A stretch of 64,000 bases of DNA from Paracoccaceae bacterium (GTDB lineage: Bacteria > Pseudomonadota > Alphaproteobacteria > Rhodobacterales > Rhodobacteraceae), in NCBI GenBank assembly GCA_034111185.1, contig JAWUXS010000026.1:49814-113813 (forward strand). The letters are read 5' to 3'. A model generated the notes under the pieces. The model saw only the letters and a program-made list of their open reading frames with translations. It was not told the DNA's origin and did no database searches. Position numbers and translations under genes: made by a program. Below, in pieces: positions 60,144-64,000 of this stretch (positions are counted from its first letter, which is position 1; each line of letters starts with the position of its first letter).

Positions 60144-60740
60144 ATGTTTCTTTTCGACCATATAGCAGTTGGCTGCAAGGAGCTTTCGATTGGTGTTGCA
60201 TGGGTCGAAGACAAGCTGGGTGTTTCCCTCCAACCGGGTGGTCAACACGTGCATTACGGCACGCACAACATGCTGCTGGGCCTTGGTCCTGACTTGTATC
60301 TAGAAGTGATTGCAAAAGACCCAAGCGCCAAACCGACGGGCCGTCCTACGTGGTTTGGGCTTGATCATTTCACAGGACCACCTCGTTTGGCGAATTGGAT
60401 TTGCCGGAACGACGATCTTGCTATCGCGCCCGAAATGACCGGCCCTGCCGTTGCTTTGACGCGCGGCGATCTAAAGTGGGAACTGACCGTGCCAGATAGT
60501 GGCGATTTGCCGATGGATGGCGGGTTTCCAAGCCTGATGAAATGGGGCGCGGGCGTTACACCACCTAGCGGCAAACTGTTGGATCGTGGATGCCGTTTGA
60601 AATCATGGACTGTGCTGCATCCTGACGCTGAAAGGTTGCGCAATATGGTGCCGCTTCATGATCCGCGTGTCTATTTCGAAACAGGCCCGCTTGGGTTCGA
60701 AGCTGTTTTTGAAACGCAGTCTGGCCTGCGCTATTTATGA
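60144..60740 (+). CDS. VOC/glyoxalase-like family protein
   Basis: FDHIAV, GGQH..YGTHN.L, YLEVIA. Confidence 0.85.
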   Translation: MFLFDHIAVGCKELSIGVAWVEDKLGVSLQPGGQHVHYGTHNMLLGLGPDLYLEVIAKDPSAKPTGRPTWFGLDHFTGPPRLANWICRNDDLAIAPEMTGPAVALTRGDLKWELTVPDSGDLPMDGGFPSLMKWGAGVTPPSGKLLDRGCRLKSWTVLHPDAERLRNMVPLHDPRVYFETGPLGFEAVFETQSGLRYL

Positions 60741-61213
60741 CGGTTCGTATCGCAAATACCGGTGATGCGGCCGCGATTGCTGCGATCATGAACCGCGTCA
60801 TTCGTGATACGATTGTGACATTCAACAGTGTTGAGACGACAATTGAAGAAATCGCGACCGCAATCGACGCGGGCATACCCTATTTTGTCTATGAAAATGC
60901 GGGGGGAATCATCGGGTACAGTGGCTACGGCGATTTTCGTACCGGCGTTGGATATGCCAAGACGGTCGAATACGGGATAGCAGTCGATCCTGCAGGGCAG
61001 GGGCTAGGCGCAGGTCGCGCATTGCATCAGGCCGCATGCGACCACGCGAAGGCGGCGGGAAAAACCACCATCGTTGCATGTATCAGCGCAGGTAACCCGC
61101 AAGGCATCGCCTTTCACAAAGTCATGGGATTTGAACAGACAGGCTACATGCCAGCAGTCGGTCACAAGTTCGGTCGTGATCATGATCTTGTGTTTGCGCA
61201 AAAACGCCTCTGA
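60737..61213 (+). CDS. GNAT acetyltransferase (phosphinothricin/MnaT-like)
   Basis: IRDTIVTF, GQGLGAG, FH..MGF..G.MP.VG.KFG. Confidence 0.85.
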   Translation: MTVRIANTGDAAAIAAIMNRVIRDTIVTFNSVETTIEEIATAIDAGIPYFVYENAGGIIGYSGYGDFRTGVGYAKTVEYGIAVDPAGQGLGAGRALHQAACDHAKAAGKTTIVACISAGNPQGIAFHKVMGFEQTGYMPAVGHKFGRDHDLVFAQKRL

Positions 61214-61244
61214 CATCTGGGGCAGACTGCGTTATTAAGACGCC

Positions 61245-61940
61245 ATGTCGATTTGGTCCCGCATTGCTGACGCGATCTCGGCCCTCGCCTCTGGCGAAGG
61301 GTTGGGTACGGTATTTGATAAGCTGCGCGCTGATCCTGACAAATCAGTCGCGTTTACAATCGCCGTAATTGCACTTGGCGCTAAGATGGCCAAGGCTGAT
61401 GGGCAGGTCACACGCGACGAAGTTACAGCCTTTCGCGAAGTGTTCCACATCTCGCACGAGGATGAACAGCAGGCGGCCCGTGTGTTCAACCTTGCCCGCC
61501 AAGACATCGCGGGATTTGAGGATTATGCACGCCGCATCAAAGCGATGTACGACGAAACGGACGATGCAGCCCTTTGCGATTTGATGGAAGGGTTGTTCCA
61601 TATCGCCCTCGCGGATGGTGTCTATCATCCCAATGAAAACGAATTTCTGCGCCGCGTAGCCGATATCTTTGGGTTTGACGAGCGTCGTTTTCTGCGTATC
61701 CGTTCCCAATTTGTTGAGGACGCCGCACGTGATCCTTATGACGTTCTGGGTGTTGATCCCACTGCTTCCATGGACACGATAAAATCCGCTTGGCGCAAAC
61801 TTGTGCGCGAAACCCACCCTGACCAGTTAATGGCGCGCGGTGTTCCCGAAGAGGCGATTAAACTGGCCGAGACCCGTCTGATCGCCGTGAACCGCGCATG
61901 GGAAGAAATCACCGCAGCCCGCGAAAGCGAGAACGCGTGA
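61245..61940 (+). CDS. DjlA-like co-chaperone (TerB-like plus C-terminal J domain)
   Basis: AKMAKADG.V, ADG..H..E, DPYDVLG, HPD motif. Confidence 0.85.
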   Translation: MSIWSRIADAISALASGEGLGTVFDKLRADPDKSVAFTIAVIALGAKMAKADGQVTRDEVTAFREVFHISHEDEQQAARVFNLARQDIAGFEDYARRIKAMYDETDDAALCDLMEGLFHIALADGVYHPNENEFLRRVADIFGFDERRFLRIRSQFVEDAARDPYDVLGVDPTASMDTIKSAWRKLVRETHPDQLMARGVPEEAIKLAETRLIAVNRAWEEITAARESENA

Positions 61941-62947
61941 GGATCGCCACCTACAACGTCGAGTGGTTTAACAGTCTGTTTGATAACGCGGGTCAACTGC
62001 ACAACGATGATGCATGGTCTGGCCGCTGGGACGTGACGCGCCGCCAGCAAACCGCTGCATTGGGCCAAGTTTTTCAGGCGATGGACGCCGACGCAATCAT
62101 GATCGTTGAGGGGCCAGATACCAGTCGCCACCGCGATGGCGCTGTCGCACTCGAGACATTTGCTGAACGGTTTGATCTGCGCGCCCGCAAAGTCGTCATG
62201 GGTTTCCTGAACGATACCCAGCAAGAGATTTCACTGCTCTATGATCCTGATGTGGCCACTGCCAAGCATGACCCAATCGGGACCCTTGATGTGGATAGCC
62301 CTGCACCACGCTTTGATGCTGAACTGCAGATGGACCTTGATATAGATGCCCGTCCCGAGGTGATCCGGTGGTCCAAACCACCGCTTGAGGTGGCCATGAA
62401 GGTCGGCGCGCTCGATCTGCGCCTGATTGGTGTGCATGCGAAATCCAAGGCCCCGCACGGTGCGCAAAACGACGAAGAAGCCCGCCTGATTTCCATCAAA
62501 AACCGCCGCAAACAACTGGCGCAATGCATTTGGCTGCGGCAACGGGTGAACCAACATATTAGCGCCGAGGAAAACCTGATTGTCCTTGGTGACTTTAACG
62601 ACGGTCCGGGTTTGGACGAATACGAAAAGCTGTTTGGCCGCTCGGGCGTTGAGATCGTGCTGGGCGAAGGTGATGCGACCCGCTTGTATGACCCGCACGC
62701 ACAGATGGTCCTTGGTCGCCGCATTGGCGCGTTGCCATCAACTGCCCGCTTTAAAAAGCAACATGGGCCATACCTTCAAGCTCTGCTTGATTATGTAATG
62801 GTCGCACCGGGGTTGCGAACACGTAACCCTGCGTGGCAAATCTGGCATCCTTTTGATCACCCTGCTTGCTATGAAAATGTTCCGCTGCGCGAAGCATTGC
62901 TACTGGCATCTGATCATTTCCCGGTCACGCTGGATTTTGATACCTAG
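61937..62947 (+). CDS. endonuclease/exonuclease/phosphatase family protein
   Basis: RIATYNVEW, HAKSK, LGDFND, LDY, SDHFPV; GTGA overlap with the upstream gene. Confidence 0.87.
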   Translation: MRIATYNVEWFNSLFDNAGQLHNDDAWSGRWDVTRRQQTAALGQVFQAMDADAIMIVEGPDTSRHRDGAVALETFAERFDLRARKVVMGFLNDTQQEISLLYDPDVATAKHDPIGTLDVDSPAPRFDAELQMDLDIDARPEVIRWSKPPLEVAMKVGALDLRLIGVHAKSKAPHGAQNDEEARLISIKNRRKQLAQCIWLRQRVNQHISAEENLIVLGDFNDGPGLDEYEKLFGRSGVEIVLGEGDATRLYDPHAQMVLGRRIGALPSTARFKKQHGPYLQALLDYVMVAPGLRTRNPAWQIWHPFDHPACYENVPLREALLLASDHFPVTLDFDT

Positions 62948-63029
62948 GCAATATCCCACCGTTTTGGCGTCGGTGCCCTCGTATTTGGGTGCCTCCAACA
63001 TTAAGTTAAGAGTAACCAAGAGGGTCCTG

Positions 63030-63404
63030 ATGATGAAAAATGTTCTTGTAACAGCCGCTGTTCTGACTGCACTTGCCGCACCTGTGCACGCGCAAGAAAG
63101 CAGTGATACCCAAGAGGGCTTCAGCCTGATGGAAGAGGGCGCAAAGCTATTGCTGCGCGGCCTCATGTCCGAGATTGAACCTAACATGCAAGAGTTTCAA
63201 AACCTCATGGAAGGGTTCGGTCCAGCCATGCAATCATTCATGGTTGAACTGGGTCCGCGTCTTGATGAATTGCTCGAGATTATCGACGATATTGAGAACT
63301 ACGGCCAACCGGAAATGCTGCCAAATGGCGACATTATCATGCGGCGTAATCCCGATGCGCCAAGCGTTACCCTTCCGCAGGCTGAGGGCGAGATCGAGCT
63401 TTAG
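63030..63404 (+). CDS. exported hypothetical protein
   Basis: Signal peptide (AHA/QE type), GFSLMEEGAKLLLRGL, PEMLPNGDIIMRR. Confidence 0.75.
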   Translation: MMKNVLVTAAVLTALAAPVHAQESSDTQEGFSLMEEGAKLLLRGLMSEIEPNMQEFQNLMEGFGPAMQSFMVELGPRLDELLEIIDDIENYGQPEMLPNGDIIMRRNPDAPSVTLPQAEGEIEL

Positions 63405-64000
63405 CAAATTTGATCGTGCCATCTGCGTCCAGCGCATTGGCCAGTGCTTTAAACCGCTGCTCGGCCACTTCGCCAAATAGGGGGCGGGCGTGTTCGGTCA
63501 ATGTTAGTGTCAGTTCGCGCGTCTTTGGGTTCCACTTGAACGCGCCGGGTTCTTCGTCAGGTGACAGCCACAGCATCGCACCTAGGCGCATTGCGCGGCC
63601 AAGAATTTCTGCCTCTTTGATCTGCGCTTCGTCTAGCAGCGCAAACAACGGATCAAACCTGCCGCCAACGGGTTTTGACGTATAGCGGTACATCAGGGCA
63701 AGCCCCATCAAAACGCGTTCGTAGTGCTTAAGCCCACCCAGATTGGCGCGCGTCGTATTATCAAACGTCACTTCGGCACGGTAATCAGGATGCGCACGCC
63801 AACTAACGTCATGCAGCAGGCATGCGGCCTTAATGATCCGCTTGCGTTGCCAATTTGCCCTTGGAAACAAAGGTTTTACGAAATTATACAAGATACGGCC
63901 AAACCCCGGCATGCGGGCATCTTTGGCTTCGGCAAACCGGCAGGCTTCGATTAGGGGGTCACGTTCACGTAAAGCGCGTGGCATCTGCTCATACAGCATA
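63367..64000 (-). CDS. ppx: Ppx/GppA exopolyphosphatase, C-terminal HD region (5' part outside the window)
   Basis: DPLIEAC, AACLLHDVSWRAHPDYRA, H.ER..GLAL..RY, LGRAMRLG. Confidence 0.85.
   Translation of the reverse strand, partial: MLYEQMPRALRERDPLIEACRFAEAKDARMPGFGRILYNFVKPLFPRANWQRKRIIKAACLLHDVSWRAHPDYRAEVTFDNTTRANLGGLKHYERVLMGLALMYRYTSKPVGGRFDPLFALLDEAQIKEAEILGRAMRLGAMLWLSPDEEPGAFKWNPKTRELTLTLTEHARPLFGEVAEQRFKALANALDADGTIKFAKARSRPQPAEG

Noticed and set aside
1-64000. CRISPR arrays, tRNA/rRNA, IS/transposase, integrase, prophage, restriction or other defence genes
   Set aside because: No regularly spaced repeats, tRNA arms or diagnostic protein motifs seen; nearly all long ORFs are recognisable housekeeping or metabolic genes.

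Overview
Core chromosomal segment (about 55-57% GC by eye) of an alphaproteobacterium. Gene content and order point to Rhodobacterales/Roseobacter group (inference). It is gene-dense, with about 65 CDS. Contents in order: hrpB (partial), rpmB, meaB, apt-mtnP salvage genes, a SulP transporter, ptsP-lysC, an AcuC-type deacetylase, modABC, an EptA/MCR-family phosphoethanolamine transferase, uxaC-uxuB-uxuA, ArsR-SRPBCC, yccA, DUF1127/LysR, purine deaminases, mgtE-ygfA-ymdB-yebC, betI-betC-betB-betA, the propionyl-CoA cluster (pccR, pccB, pccA, methylmalonyl-CoA mutase) and ppx (partial). I saw no rRNA, tRNA, CRISPR array, integrase, transposase, prophage or defence system, and no clearly novel multi-gene system. 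The most interesting signals are non-coding: (1) a probable sul1 orphan-riboswitch RNA before the SulP gene; (2) a candidate 3-hairpin sRNA with a C-rich loop inside the pcc cluster; (3) an identical 16-mer at the same position in the translation-initiation regions of lysC and uxaC; (4) a nested-palindrome operator and a translationally coupled 18-codon leader ORF before arsR; (5) a 34-bp dispersed repeat; (6) a 51-aa small ORF missed by the ORF track. All product calls come from motif and sequence recognition; no searches were run.
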